From Anaerolineales bacterium (GTDB taxonomy: Bacteria > Chloroflexota > Anaerolineae > Anaerolineales > DRKV01), in the NCBI GenBank assembly GCA_020061145.1, contig JAGUYX010000088.1, forward strand, positions 1-45,869: a DNA stretch of 45,869 nucleotides, given 5' to 3'. Both the position numbers and the translations under genes were made by a program. Below are positions 1 through 9,024 of this stretch, piece after piece. The first letter of the stretch is position 1. Each line of letters opens with the position of its first letter. A model generated the notes under the pieces. The model saw nothing but the letters and a program-made list of their open reading frames with translations. It searched no databases and was not told the DNA's origin.

Positions 1-375
1 CAGCACCTGCCGGAATACGGCGCGTATCATGCGACGCTGATCGCTGACCCTGCGTTGCCTGGAAAGTGGCAGCCGGGTGAGGACGTGATTTACCTGCTTG
101 TATTCAAAGATGAGCTAGTTGATGGATCGACGCCGGAGGCCCAGGCTCGACGCATGCTTGCTGCTCGCCTGTCAGAAACATTGCCAATCCCTATTCTGGA
201 CGAATGGAATGAATACCTCTGGGAGGCCAGGCAGATGGAGAACTTGATCGTTGGGTTGGAAACCGGAGGCGATTGCCAGGTGGGATACCTGATACAGTTG
301 ACCGAGACTTTGTGGAAGGAGGTGATTACCAGATTATTGAAAGAACGAAAGATTCGCATTTCCAGTGGTCAATGA
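1..375 (+). CDS. hypothetical protein, C-terminal part (5' end outside the window)
   Basis: Frame 1 is open from nt 1 to the TGA at 373-375. The track ORF 55..375 starts at an internal TTG. I recognise no motif. Confidence 0.45.
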   Translation, partial: QHLPEYGAYHATLIADPALPGKWQPGEDVIYLLVFKDELVDGSTPEAQARRMLAARLSETLPIPILDEWNEYLWEARQMENLIVGLETGGDCQVGYLIQLTETLWKEVITRLLKERKIRISSGQ

Positions 376-379
376 GAAA

Positions 380-424
380 AGCCATAACAGGAAGGGATCA
401 ACTGGTTCCCCTCCTGTTATGGCT
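380..424 (-). terminator. hairpin terminator between convergent genes, closing the long minus-strand cluster
   Basis: Inverted repeat agccataacaggaaggg (380-396) / cccctcctgttatggct (408-424) with one mismatch and an 11-nt loop. On the minus strand it is followed by TTTTCTC. Confidence 0.5.
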
Positions 425-503
425 AACTCGATTAGGTCAGATTTGGGACTTTAGTAAAAGGATTCATCGATCTCATAGCAATTTTCTGGAAACAATTCGC
501 AGG

Positions 504-1208
504 TTAGGAACGATCTGGCAAGATATGGATAGAGCTCAAGCGTCCATTCTCCATCACAAATTCTGCATCACAAAGTTCATCGATTTCCTCTCGGCTATGG
601 CTGGTCAACAGGATCGTAACCCCATCAGCTCTCAGTTCTTTCAACAGTCGATGCACATCCTTTATCCCTTCCCGGTCCAAACCGTTTGTGGGTTCGTCAA
701 GAAGTAAGAGCCTGGGGTTCTCCATGATTGCCTGGGCAATTCCTAGACGCTGGCGCATTCCGGTCGAATAAGTGCGTACGGGCTTGGGTTCGTTTGGGTC
801 CAGACCAACCAGCCGTATCGTGTCTGCAATATCTTCTCTAGAAATCCTGTTCCGAATCATAGCCAATAACTGCAAATTGCGGGAGCCGCTGTAATGTGGT
901 AAAAAACCCGGAGTTTCGATCAGGACACCTGTTTCGCCAGGAAATTCCACGTCTTTCCCAATTTCTCTCCCAGATACCCAGACCCGCCCCCGAGTCGGAC
1001 GTACCAGCCCACAAATGACACGCAACAACATACTTTTACCCGATCCATTTGGACCGCTGATGCCGAAAATCTTGCCAGGCGGCACGTTCAAGCGGATTTC
1101 ATCCAGGATGAGGCGATCTCCAATTTGTTTGGAAACCCCTTCTACGGCAATGGCTAACTCTGCCTTGCTTGTGGTTTGTTCAATAAATTCTGATTTCATT
1201 TTCTCCAT
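504..1208 (-). CDS. ABC transporter ATP-binding protein, ABC-2 / immunity (LanF/BcrA-like) type
   Basis: Walker A GPNGSGKS, signature YSTGMRQRLG, Walker B LLLLDEP and H-loop LTSHS are present. Glu replaces the Q-loop Gln (GVLIETPGF). The ATG is preceded by GGAAGGAAAG. Confidence 0.9.
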   Translation of the reverse strand: MEKMKSEFIEQTTSKAELAIAVEGVSKQIGDRLILDEIRLNVPPGKIFGISGPNGSGKSMLLRVICGLVRPTRGRVWVSGREIGKDVEFPGETGVLIETPGFLPHYSGSRNLQLLAMIRNRISREDIADTIRLVGLDPNEPKPVRTYSTGMRQRLGIAQAIMENPRLLLLDEPTNGLDREGIKDVHRLLKELRADGVTILLTSHSREEIDELCDAEFVMENGRLSSIHILPDRS

Positions 1209-1231
1209 AGCTCAATCTTTCCTTCCCAATG

Positions 1232-2092
1232 TCAAATCGCGGGGCCATAGATGTCCATTCGTCGCACGTACCATGTGCCAAGACCAAACACGATTAGAAA
1301 CAAAGTGGTGTTATAGATGAGCGACCATTCCATTGAAAATCCGGGCACATTCGGATCAAAGAACGTGTGCCGTAACAGCATTGATTGAGATCCAGGTAGC
1401 CAACGACTCAAATATGGGTTGTCGATTCCCAAAAGCCAGGAAATAATCGTCACAACCGAAACCGCACTAAAGCCATAGAAAGAGCGCCTGCTGATAAGTG
1501 ATAAGGTCAACTGCATAGAAGCCAGCGCGTATAGGGTGCTGCTGAATAAGATGAAAATCCACCCCAGAAGTGTTCCAATCTCCATACCCTTCGGCACAAC
1601 CCACATCTCACCAGAGATCATCAGTTCACTTGGTTGCCAGGACCAGGGAAGGATAATCGATCCTCCGGCTAAGACGGCAAGAACGGTTATAAGTACATAT
1701 CCGACCGCAAAGATCAATAGAGCAACTTCTTTTCCAAACCACCAGCGGAGTCGGGATCCAACCAGGGGAACAACTGCGTATCCCCTATACAGCAATTCGT
1801 CGATGGCGATGTCACCGAACAGGTAGAAGAAAAGGATATGGGATATAAGCCAGGGCAACGCCTGTACCAAAGAATAACCCCAAACGCCTGGCCCGGAAAA
1901 CGAAACGAAGAAAGCATCCCAAAGATTGGCTGTCATTACGCTCTGGAAGGAACTTAACTGATCTACAACTTGTATTGCACTGCGCCACCCCGTGAATCCA
2001 AAGAGAACAAATATTCCGGCGAGGGAATGCCATCGAAGCGATGTACGCAGGTTCCAGCGCATCATGGTAAAAAATCGAGCATTACTCATCAT
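1232..2092 (-). CDS. polytopic membrane protein, putative ABC-2-type permease component
   Basis: 286 aa with several long hydrophobic segments. It has a 4-nt ATGA overlap with the upstream gene and lies 23 nt upstream of the ATPase gene. The function is inferred from context only. Confidence 0.55.
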   Translation of the reverse strand: MMSNARFFTMMRWNLRTSLRWHSLAGIFVLFGFTGWRSAIQVVDQLSSFQSVMTANLWDAFFVSFSGPGVWGYSLVQALPWLISHILFFYLFGDIAIDELLYRGYAVVPLVGSRLRWWFGKEVALLIFAVGYVLITVLAVLAGGSIILPWSWQPSELMISGEMWVVPKGMEIGTLLGWIFILFSSTLYALASMQLTLSLISRRSFYGFSAVSVVTIISWLLGIDNPYLSRWLPGSQSMLLRHTFFDPNVPGFSMEWSLIYNTTLFLIVFGLGTWYVRRMDIYGPAI

Positions 2093-2907
2093 TGCTCTCT
2101 ATGAATAAAATCTTGTTTGTGGGCAAACTTGAATCCAATGATCAGCAAAATGGAACACCATAAAAGCCAGTAATATATTGAAGTCGGTAGAGATGGATAC
2201 TGATTTGTTACGTCGCCAAAGGAGTGGAGGTTAAATAACAAGTGTTGATGGATAGACAGGTAAGCATAGGGAAGGGGTAAGTTCGCCCTTAAAGCGACCA
2301 GCCCGCTAAAGTTAGCAATGACGCCGGCGTTAAACCCAACCAGATGGTGATTAGAAAGCAGGGTGAAGCACATGACCAACATTCCCATGCCAAACCACCC
2401 AAGCGATAGTAGAAGAAGAAGCCAGCGAATGGCGGATGCGGATGAAATGATTAATGCATCTGGGTTAAGATTAAATTCCTGTGGATATTGTAGAACTGCC
2501 TGGCTCCAGGAGTTTTCCCAGGGAAGGACAAACGTGGCAACCATTGCGACGATCCCAACATTCAAACCTGCATAACAAAGCACCGCTAATCCTAAAATCA
2601 GGACTTTACTCAACCACCAACGCCTTCGCGAGCCCAGGCGTAACAAGGCGAGTTGACCAATCCCCGACTCGAGAAACAGGTCGCTGACCAGGTAGAGATA
2701 AAGCGGATTAAGCACAAAAAATACCAGATTGCCATTGCCGAAAACGCTAAATAAGACATCCCATGAATTGCTGCTCAAATCGTAATTTCTGGCACGAACC
2801 AGTACTCCTCCAACAACAATATACGAAACAAACAGAATTGTAGGGACCGGCAACAACCAGCGCACGCGCAGCAATTTTTGCTCAATTTGGAAGTACAGGT
2901 AGCGCAC
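2089..2907 (-). CDS. polytopic membrane protein, putative permease component
   Basis: 272 aa and strongly hydrophobic. GTG start with AGAGG about 10 nt upstream. Translationally coupled to the next gene. Confidence 0.55.
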   Translation of the reverse strand: MRYLYFQIEQKLLRVRWLLPVPTILFVSYIVVGGVLVRARNYDLSSNSWDVLFSVFGNGNLVFFVLNPLYLYLVSDLFLESGIGQLALLRLGSRRRWWLSKVLILGLAVLCYAGLNVGIVAMVATFVLPWENSWSQAVLQYPQEFNLNPDALIISSASAIRWLLLLLSLGWFGMGMLVMCFTLLSNHHLVGFNAGVIANFSGLVALRANLPLPYAYLSIHQHLLFNLHSFGDVTNQYPSLPTSIYYWLLWCSILLIIGFKFAHKQDFIHREQ

Positions 2908-2945
2908 AGGGATTAACCTCTGTCATTGCTTCTTTGTTAATTTTC

Positions 2946-3779
2946 TCAAATTCTATTTTTCACCTTGTGTGCCATTACGAAGTACAGCGCGGTGCTGATG
3001 GAAAATACGCCTCCTAAACTGGTTATTACTTGGACCCATGTGATATTCTTCAGCCAATGGGGAACCAAAGTTGAGACAGGCGACCAGGCCGGTATCCCCA
3101 GAATCGCCAGGCCGTAATGGATCACATTGTAAAGGACAAAGGGCGTTGCCAGGACAACATAACGATTTTCTGTAAGCGTAGAAAGCGATAATCCAAAAAT
3201 CGCGTAAGTTGCCCCAAATATAAAGCTTAATGCGATCAGGGACAAGATGTACAGACCAGGTGCTGAGTCATATAGAGTGCCAAACGGTCCAAGCGCCTCA
3301 CTTGGTTGTATACGTGCTTGAAAAGGATCTGGATTCAAACCCCTGGGCAGTATGATTACCGAAAATAGGAAGCATAAGGACATTGGTATGGATACTGCGA
3401 AACCCCCGGACAAGAATGAAGCGAAATATTTCCCCGCGAGGTACCGACGGTAGGTAGTCCTGGTCAGCACAAAACGCAGATAGCCCAAAACGCGATCGTG
3501 TGCGAATGAATCAGCGAAAGGTAGAACTGCTATTAGAGGACCGATGAGCCCGATAAGACCACTCTGAGCCCAGATCACGGCGTCATATGCGTTGTTGTAA
3601 TTTTGAGGCAATCTGGCAAGATATTCAGCATCACCCCACCAGGAGGGACCTGACATATAATCAGCGAGACCTTGAGCTAATGCAAGAATTCCCAAAACAA
3701 CTGCCAAGATAAACGGACGGCTAATGAAAGCTCGATTAATTTCTTCGCGTAACATAGCATTTGTCCAGTCACTCACCAT
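2946..3779 (-). CDS. polytopic membrane protein, putative ABC-2-type permease component
   Basis: 277 aa with about six hydrophobic helices. It is the first of three membrane genes preceding the ATPase. The start is uncertain, with an alternative ATG at 3755. Confidence 0.55.
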   Translation of the reverse strand: MVSDWTNAMLREEINRAFISRPFILAVVLGILALAQGLADYMSGPSWWGDAEYLARLPQNYNNAYDAVIWAQSGLIGLIGPLIAVLPFADSFAHDRVLGYLRFVLTRTTYRRYLAGKYFASFLSGGFAVSIPMSLCFLFSVIILPRGLNPDPFQARIQPSEALGPFGTLYDSAPGLYILSLIALSFIFGATYAIFGLSLSTLTENRYVVLATPFVLYNVIHYGLAILGIPAWSPVSTLVPHWLKNITWVQVITSLGGVFSISTALYFVMAHKVKNRI

Positions 3780-3807
3780 TGGGATTAGACAAAAAGTAAT
3801 ACGAGTA

Positions 3808-3843
3808 ACTGCGCGGACAGAGCAAACTCACTGCCCGCGCAGT
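3808..3843 (-). terminator. intra-cluster hairpin (attenuator or partial terminator) between secreted-protein genes and transporter genes
   Basis: actgcgcgg (3808-3816) pairs with ccgcgcagt (3835-3843), and 3 more bp follow an A/C mismatch. On the minus strand it is followed by TTACTCGTATTACTTTTTGTC. Confidence 0.45.
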
Positions 3844-3871
3844 CGAGTTAAGCCTCAAGCCTTTGGGCCAA

Positions 3872-4285
3872 TTAGAAGCCGCAACCTCCAGGATTGTCTG
3901 GACTCCACTTTCCAATTGCCTGAACATCAACAGGTGTGTACCAATAAGTGGCGATGCGTGCATGGTATTGCTGGCCTGCTGTCGAAGGATTTAAGGTGTA
4001 CTCTCTTCGTTGATTGTCATTTATCGATTGATAATCTGCAGCCACGCTGTTATTAAGGATCTCGATTCTGGCTCGCAGAGTATAGTCACCTCCCACAGCC
4101 TGGCTACAAACGACCGCTTTATCAGGCGAGCTCACTTTCGTTTGGTTGTTTGTTGACGTTGAACCGCCAAACTTGGGGATCGTGAGATTATAGTTATAAA
4201 ACGAGCCCGCCGCAAGCGCCTCCCCAACGACAAAAATGCCGAGGAGTGTTACGAGAAGTACTGATAGGATCACACGTGTTTTCAT
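3872..4285 (-). CDS. small secreted protein (137 aa precursor, two Cys), unknown family
   Basis: Signal peptide MKTRVILSVLLVTLLGIFVVGEALA. A perfect GGAGGA RBS lies 5 nt upstream of the ATG. The mature part is Asn/Ser/Thr-rich with two Cys (VVCSQ, GGCGF). Confidence 0.75.
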   Translation of the reverse strand: MKTRVILSVLLVTLLGIFVVGEALAAGSFYNYNLTIPKFGGSTSTNNQTKVSSPDKAVVCSQAVGGDYTLRARIEILNNSVAADYQSINDNQRREYTLNPSTAGQQYHARIATYWYTPVDVQAIGKWSPDNPGGCGF

Positions 4286-4419
4286 TTTTTCCTCCAGCGC
4301 ATTTCTTATCTCAACTTTCCATATGACTGAAAAGTTGTTTCCAGATAGATCAGATGGGTGTATGCGGAGTAATCGAGAAAATGCTTATCAATCACCTCCT
4401 GGTAATTTTTATTGAGGAA

Positions 4420-4842
4420 CTAAGGACAGGTCCAATTACTCGCATCCGTGTATTTCGTGCCTGAGAAGAAGTTCGACCAGTGAGCTCCAGTTTCATCCCA
4501 GGTGCCGCTTCGGTAACTTGTCTGGTTATGAACCAAGGCATTACCCGATGAACCTGTATCTGTAGCATTGCCCTCCGCCATCTTCACCCATTGACTGCCA
4601 TTCCAATACCATAATTTCCCATTCGTCCAGCCTTGTGCTGAAGGTGAATAGCCACTCCAGTTCAGCCAGGAATCACCCCGCGGATATCCGGAGGAACAAT
4701 TTCCCTGGCTGCGAATATTCCAGGAAGCGGCCACCGCTGTAGAGACCCCGAGAGTGAACAGCACGATCAACACCATTAGCGCAGTCAACGAGGAAAAGAG
4801 TCTTCTCCGGTTGTTTGCATTTGCCTGTATGCTCATTTTCAT
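4420..4842 (-). CDS. small secreted Trp-rich protein (about 100 aa mature, two Cys near the termini), unknown family
   Basis: I prefer the internal ATG at 4842 (AAGGAGA RBS) over the track start at 4920. The signal is NRRRLFSSLTALMVLIVLFTLGVSTAVA-AS. The mature part has 10 Trp and Cys near each end (GNCSS ... WTCP). Confidence 0.7.
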   Translation of the reverse strand: MKMSIQANANNRRRLFSSLTALMVLIVLFTLGVSTAVAASWNIRSQGNCSSGYPRGDSWLNWSGYSPSAQGWTNGKLWYWNGSQWVKMAEGNATDTGSSGNALVHNQTSYRSGTWDETGAHWSNFFSGTKYTDASNWTCP

Positions 4843-4954
4843 TTCTCCTTTATCACATAGAGGGCAGGGTCTTAATATCAACTCTGGCTGGTGATCGTGG
4901 AAGAGCTTCAGGATGGGCACTGCACTCCAAACATCTTTGAGAGATTTAAAACTC

Positions 4955-5545
4955 TTAATTAGAGATTTCCACTTGCTGCGCCAATTCTATTAGTCGGTCT
5001 GGCGGGAGATTCCCGGCAACGGTGACAATGAGATTGTTCTGTTGAAACAAGATGCGATTGTGATAATCGCCGCCCATGTCCTGAGATAACCAGGCAATGC
5101 CAATGCCGGGCAACTCAACTTTTTCTTCTCCAAGCGCGTTGATTTGTTGAAGTGCCCCTGGAGAAGGTTCCGTCAGAGTCACCAAAACGGAAAATTCTTC
5201 TCCGTTATAACGCAGGCTTGACAGCACTGCGTAAGCCTCCTGGTTTGGATCTTCCCATGACATGATCTGAGGCAGATGGATTTCGGCCTCTGGATTAATG
5301 TAAGTAGGGACCTGGCGAAGCCGGGCTATGGGCCGGTTTGATATGTCACCAGACGGAATCGGTGAGTAAGAAACGGAATCGGGTGGCGCCAATAACGGGG
5401 GTGGAGCTTCCGGCTTGGCAACCTCTTGAAGCAGAAGCGGGCTTGATTGTAGACTCATATTTGCACTGACCCCAATAGCTCCGATCAGACTAACTGATAG
5501 GGCTAAAATTAATCCACCCACGATAAACACTTTTCGACCATTCAT
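4955..5545 (-). CDS. secreted or membrane-anchored protein with a DUF4367-like C-terminal domain
   Basis: N-terminal hydrophobic signal/anchor. AAGGAGA RBS. The C-terminus NNLIVTVAGNLPPDRLIELAQQV resembles the end of anti-sigma-associated DUF4367 domains, recalled from memory. Confidence 0.65.
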   Translation of the reverse strand: MNGRKVFIVGGLILALSVSLIGAIGVSANMSLQSSPLLLQEVAKPEAPPPLLAPPDSVSYSPIPSGDISNRPIARLRQVPTYINPEAEIHLPQIMSWEDPNQEAYAVLSSLRYNGEEFSVLVTLTEPSPGALQQINALGEEKVELPGIGIAWLSQDMGGDYHNRILFQQNNLIVTVAGNLPPDRLIELAQQVEISN

Positions 5546-5677
5546 GTTCGTTATCTCCTTTCATCTCATATGGTATTTGATCGTGGTTTTACAGGTGATG
5601 TCGTATCAAGATCCTTTCAACTTTTTCAGACCCTTTAACCACCTCTCTCTCAAAATATCCATAAGCATTAAGCTACA

Positions 5678-6835
5678 TCATCGTCGCGGCAGTGACTGAG
5701 CGATCGTTCGCAACTGCTCCTGTGTAAGCATCTGCCCCGCCAGATGAAATACATCTCCATTACTTTCCCAAACCAGGTTTCCCCATTCCGGATTGCTGCT
5801 CCATTCACCGCTAGCGTTCCATGTCCCCGGATACCACCAGGCGGATATATCACCAATCGTGGTTTCTGATAACTCAACAGGACCTACCAAGAATACTGGT
5901 CCCGCCTGTTCTTTATCGGATTGGATCACGAGACCAAATTTGGTCTCACCAGCGTGGAAAACCTGGAATACCAGCCCTTGATCAGGAGGAGCTTGTATTT
6001 GCGTAAGAACCAGCAGATGGTCTGTGGGGTCTCCACCAACCAGGTAATTGATACTTAGCTGATAAGGTGGCATCGGCGGCCCGCCACCTGCCCAACTTTT
6101 GCTCGCCAGGGACGGAAACCCTAATTGCCTGACATCTCCTTCCATCACTGTCAGGTCCTGCCAGACAAAACTTTCAGGCAAATCACTGGGAACCGGGAAG
6201 CTATTCCCATCGGAGAGAATGATTAGGCTGCCCGGTACAGGAGCACTGAAACCTTCCCGACTGATTAGTTTCCATCGCTCTTTTGGATACTCGATCGTAT
6301 AGATCTCATAACCGACGTTATCCGAGCCGGCTAAAGGAGATTGCCAGTCGTGTTTCACTGCATTGACCACCAACGGCTGTAGTTTTTCTTGACGACTGAA
6401 GGAGAAACCCAACCAACCTGCCAGTACCGAACGCGTCTGTGGGATTGCAAGCAGTATACCCAAGAAGAAAATCAGGGCAAGCACACCCGCGAGACCAAGT
6501 CGCCATCCACTCGACAAGCTGTGTTCCCATTTCAAACGTAATCTGGATGAGATGTTTCTCCACCATCGAATCCCCTGTTGTGAGGAAGAAGTAACCTTGA
6601 TAGCTTTCTCCGCCTCCAAATCACCCGCTAAACTAGCTTGCATGCTCTTGACCAGGCGATCTCCCAGTTCCTGCTGAAACTCTGGCCTGGCCTGAGGTAC
6701 CGTCTCGGCAAGGTGACTGCAAAACCCGAGAATAGACTGGGCTTCTACTTTCCGATTCCCCCCCTCTTCTAGGATCTCCTCAACTTTTTCGATCAGTTCC
6801 CGATCTAAATCTGACAATTGATTATTCTCGTTCAT
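5678..6835 (-). CDS. single-pass membrane protein, putative anti-sigma factor
   Basis: It lies immediately downstream of the ECF sigma gene, and its AAGGAGGAG RBS overlaps the sigma gene's stop region. It has a cytoplasmic N-terminus, one TM (LGLAGVLALIFFLGILLAI) and a large outer domain ending LAGQMLTQEQLRTIAQSL. There is no zf-HC2 motif. Confidence 0.55.
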   Translation of the reverse strand: MNENNQLSDLDRELIEKVEEILEEGGNRKVEAQSILGFCSHLAETVPQARPEFQQELGDRLVKSMQASLAGDLEAEKAIKVTSSSQQGIRWWRNISSRLRLKWEHSLSSGWRLGLAGVLALIFFLGILLAIPQTRSVLAGWLGFSFSRQEKLQPLVVNAVKHDWQSPLAGSDNVGYEIYTIEYPKERWKLISREGFSAPVPGSLIILSDGNSFPVPSDLPESFVWQDLTVMEGDVRQLGFPSLASKSWAGGGPPMPPYQLSINYLVGGDPTDHLLVLTQIQAPPDQGLVFQVFHAGETKFGLVIQSDKEQAGPVFLVGPVELSETTIGDISAWWYPGTWNASGEWSSNPEWGNLVWESNGDVFHLAGQMLTQEQLRTIAQSLPRR

Positions 6836-6847
6836 GATGTCTCCTCC

Positions 6848-7441
6848 TTACCCCCCTGTTCGGTTTAAATGGTTAATGTATTTTCGATGCAGGCTCACCA
6901 ACGCCCTGGAAAGATGTGATGCTACAGTTCGTTCATCCAGTCCCAGGACTGTTGCGATCTCTTTATTGCGCAACCTGCCAAAAAACTTTAGCAGGATCAC
7001 TTCCTGGCGCCGTGAAGGCAACTCAAAAATCAACCGGCGGAGTTGTGCGAATTTCTCCTTTCGAAGCAGCGCATCTTCCGGAAGCAGAACACTCGCCCGC
7101 AGTTCAGGGAGTTCTTCCAGAGAAATAGGTTCATTTACTGTATTATTCTTCCGGTAGTAATCGTTCACCGTATTATGGGCGATACGAAAGATCCAGCTGG
7201 CGAATGAATTCTCGTGCTGCCACTCCAAACGAGTAATCCCTTCCATCGCTTTGAGAAAAATCTCTGAGGTCATATCTTCAGCGTCTTGAATTCGACCAAC
7301 CCGATAACTGACGTAAGCGTACACCCTGGAAAAGTAGGAATCGTATAAGTGCCTGAAAGCCAGCGGGTCGTTTTGAGCTTTCTCGACCCACTCCCGTTCA
7401 TAGGATACAGTTATTAATTGTTCCTGATAGCCCTTTTCCAT
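6848..7441 (-). CDS. ECF-type RNA polymerase sigma-70 family factor
   Basis: Region 2 reads FRHLYDSYFSRVYAYVSYRVGRIQDAEDMTSEIFLKA. The region 4 HTH reads NKEIATVLGLDERTVASHLSRALVSL. The size (197 aa) is typical of group 4 sigmas. Confidence 0.9.
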   Translation of the reverse strand: MEKGYQEQLITVSYEREWVEKAQNDPLAFRHLYDSYFSRVYAYVSYRVGRIQDAEDMTSEIFLKAMEGITRLEWQHENSFASWIFRIAHNTVNDYYRKNNTVNEPISLEELPELRASVLLPEDALLRKEKFAQLRRLIFELPSRRQEVILLKFFGRLRNKEIATVLGLDERTVASHLSRALVSLHRKYINHLNRTGG

Positions 7442-8158
7442 CTATCTATTACCATCCACATGCTGTTTTATAAACCAGCCTCTCCAAGAAGCTCCTAAGG
7501 CCAGTGAGATGATCGTTATTTCAATTAATAATCTCCAAAGTGGGTTAGTCCTCCCAGAATATGGAATCCCCAGTATCAAAAATGCTGATAAGAAGCGATC
7601 ACCCGCATACATCAGTAAGGCAGGTAGACATAGAGCCCATCTTTTATTTCCTGAAAGACTTCGCAGATTCTTTCCGATCCAATATCCATATATTGTATAA
7701 ACGCCTAAATCACACAGGTAAACAACCAGGAAGAAATAAGGCACTAATAGTACAAGCTCAATCCGGGCAATTCCCCATAATAAACCTGCCAATCCGGAAA
7801 CAATAAAGATAACGTACAAACTTCTTAACCGAAAATTTCCACTCAGCCCAATCAAAAAAATGGTTACCCTCCTACTGCACCCAAGAACCACCTTGGCACT
7901 ATGTATACCAATATGGCGGCATGGTACTTTTGAATGCACAGGACTTGTTCCATTTTCCACCAGGCTCCGCCCGAAAAGTTGCTGTTGTCCGATGCCATAT
8001 CTGGAAAATATTATGATCGTATGTTCCCTTAACAGAAAGGTAAACAACAGATGGGCCATAGAAACTCTTCGTTTTTGTACAGCTGATAAGATACCAACCA
8101 GTTCCAGATCTCCACTGTTCGGAAGACTCAGTATTGCCTCTGGCTTATCTATATCCAA
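7442..8158 (-). CDS. membrane protein: soluble N-terminal about 110 aa plus a C-terminal multi-TM part
   Basis: TTG start. The stop abuts the sigma ATG (TAG/ATG at 7442/7441). The C-terminal half is hydrophobic. The start is uncertain. Confidence 0.5.
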   Translation of the reverse strand: MDIDKPEAILSLPNSGDLELVGILSAVQKRRVSMAHLLFTFLLREHTIIIFSRYGIGQQQLFGRSLVENGTSPVHSKVPCRHIGIHSAKVVLGCSRRVTIFLIGLSGNFRLRSLYVIFIVSGLAGLLWGIARIELVLLVPYFFLVVYLCDLGVYTIYGYWIGKNLRSLSGNKRWALCLPALLMYAGDRFLSAFLILGIPYSGRTNPLWRLLIEITIISLALGASWRGWFIKQHVDGNR

Positions 8159-8159
8159 G

Positions 8160-8387
8160 TCAAGTCTTAAGGTAAGTTTCCATTTCTTCTTCCGGGGTGA
8201 TTTGCGGCATATCTAGATGCGGCTCCCGCCCATCGCTTCCTGTGTTTACCTTATCCAGGAAGCGGTAGAGTGATTCCAGGCGGGTGTGCAGCATTTCGAC
8301 TTCCCGCGCCAGGGCCAGGACCGCCATGCCCAACCCCATCACCAGCAGCCATAAGACCACATAACCGATCATCCACATGCCGCTCAT
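8160..8387 (-). CDS. small membrane protein resembling only the N-terminal TM segment of MauD-type redoxins
   Basis: 75 aa. WLLVMGLGMAVLALAREVEMLHTRLESL resembles the MauD N-terminus (LAL.RQ.GVL.ER). It has an ATGA overlap with the MauE-like gene. No thioredoxin CxxC is present. Confidence 0.5.
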   Translation of the reverse strand: MSGMWMIGYVVLWLLVMGLGMAVLALAREVEMLHTRLESLYRFLDKVNTGSDGREPHLDMPQITPEEEMETYLKT

Positions 8388-8989
8388 TGTTTTTGCTCCG
8401 TAGGTGTAAGGATAACCAGGCGCGCCATCTGCCAGATGATGCGAGCCAGCTGGTACAGGCCGGTGACGGCCAACGCTATTGGAAGCAGGTTATCAAGAAC
8501 ATAGATGTCAAGAATGAGTCGTTGGGTAACCTCCGGTAGGCCATCGAATGTCAGAAGGCCGCCGCCCCACAAAATCAGTGGAAAGACCATTATGAGGAAG
8601 GCAACGTTGCGTGCAATGATCTTGTACCCAATGATATGGCGGTGATGGCTGCCTGAACACCCGCAATCCAGGTCCGTTCGTCCGCGAGCCAGGTTGACCA
8701 CAATGGCGAACAGGAAGAGGAGCAACAGCATAGCACTAATAATGGCAGCCTCCCGCGTACGCCAGCCCAGGAGCAACATCAGGCCGAGGGCCAGTTCCAG
8801 CCAGGGGAGGGTGTAGACGAAGGGGCGTACCCAGCTCCGCGGCAGCAACCTGTAAGAAGCCACCGCCCCAGTAAAATAGCGCAGATCGCGGATTTTCCGG
8901 ACTGCTGACAAGAGAAATACTGCCGCCAATACGCTGCTTGCCAGCCTCAAAAACAACGGATCCCAAATTTGCGCAAGGATATTGCCCAT
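8384..8989 (-). CDS. MauE/DoxX-family membrane protein
   Basis: Four hydrophobic helices and the characteristic DLDCGCSG motif. I prefer the ATG at 8989, because the track start at 9109 would overlap the preceding gene by 85 nt. Confidence 0.7.
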   Translation of the reverse strand: MGNILAQIWDPLFLRLASSVLAAVFLLSAVRKIRDLRYFTGAVASYRLLPRSWVRPFVYTLPWLELALGLMLLLGWRTREAAIISAMLLLLFLFAIVVNLARGRTDLDCGCSGSHHRHIIGYKIIARNVAFLIMVFPLILWGGGLLTFDGLPEVTQRLILDIYVLDNLLPIALAVTGLYQLARIIWQMARLVILTPTEQKQ

Positions 8990-9024
8990 GTAGAAAACCC
9001 CGATATTGGCCGCGTCAGCCTCTG

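Noticed and set aside
4286-4419. A 13-codon TTG ORF after an AGGAGGTGA motif between the two small secreted-protein genes
   Set aside because: It is too short and featureless. The AGGAGG may be fortuitous, and I cannot assess its conservation.
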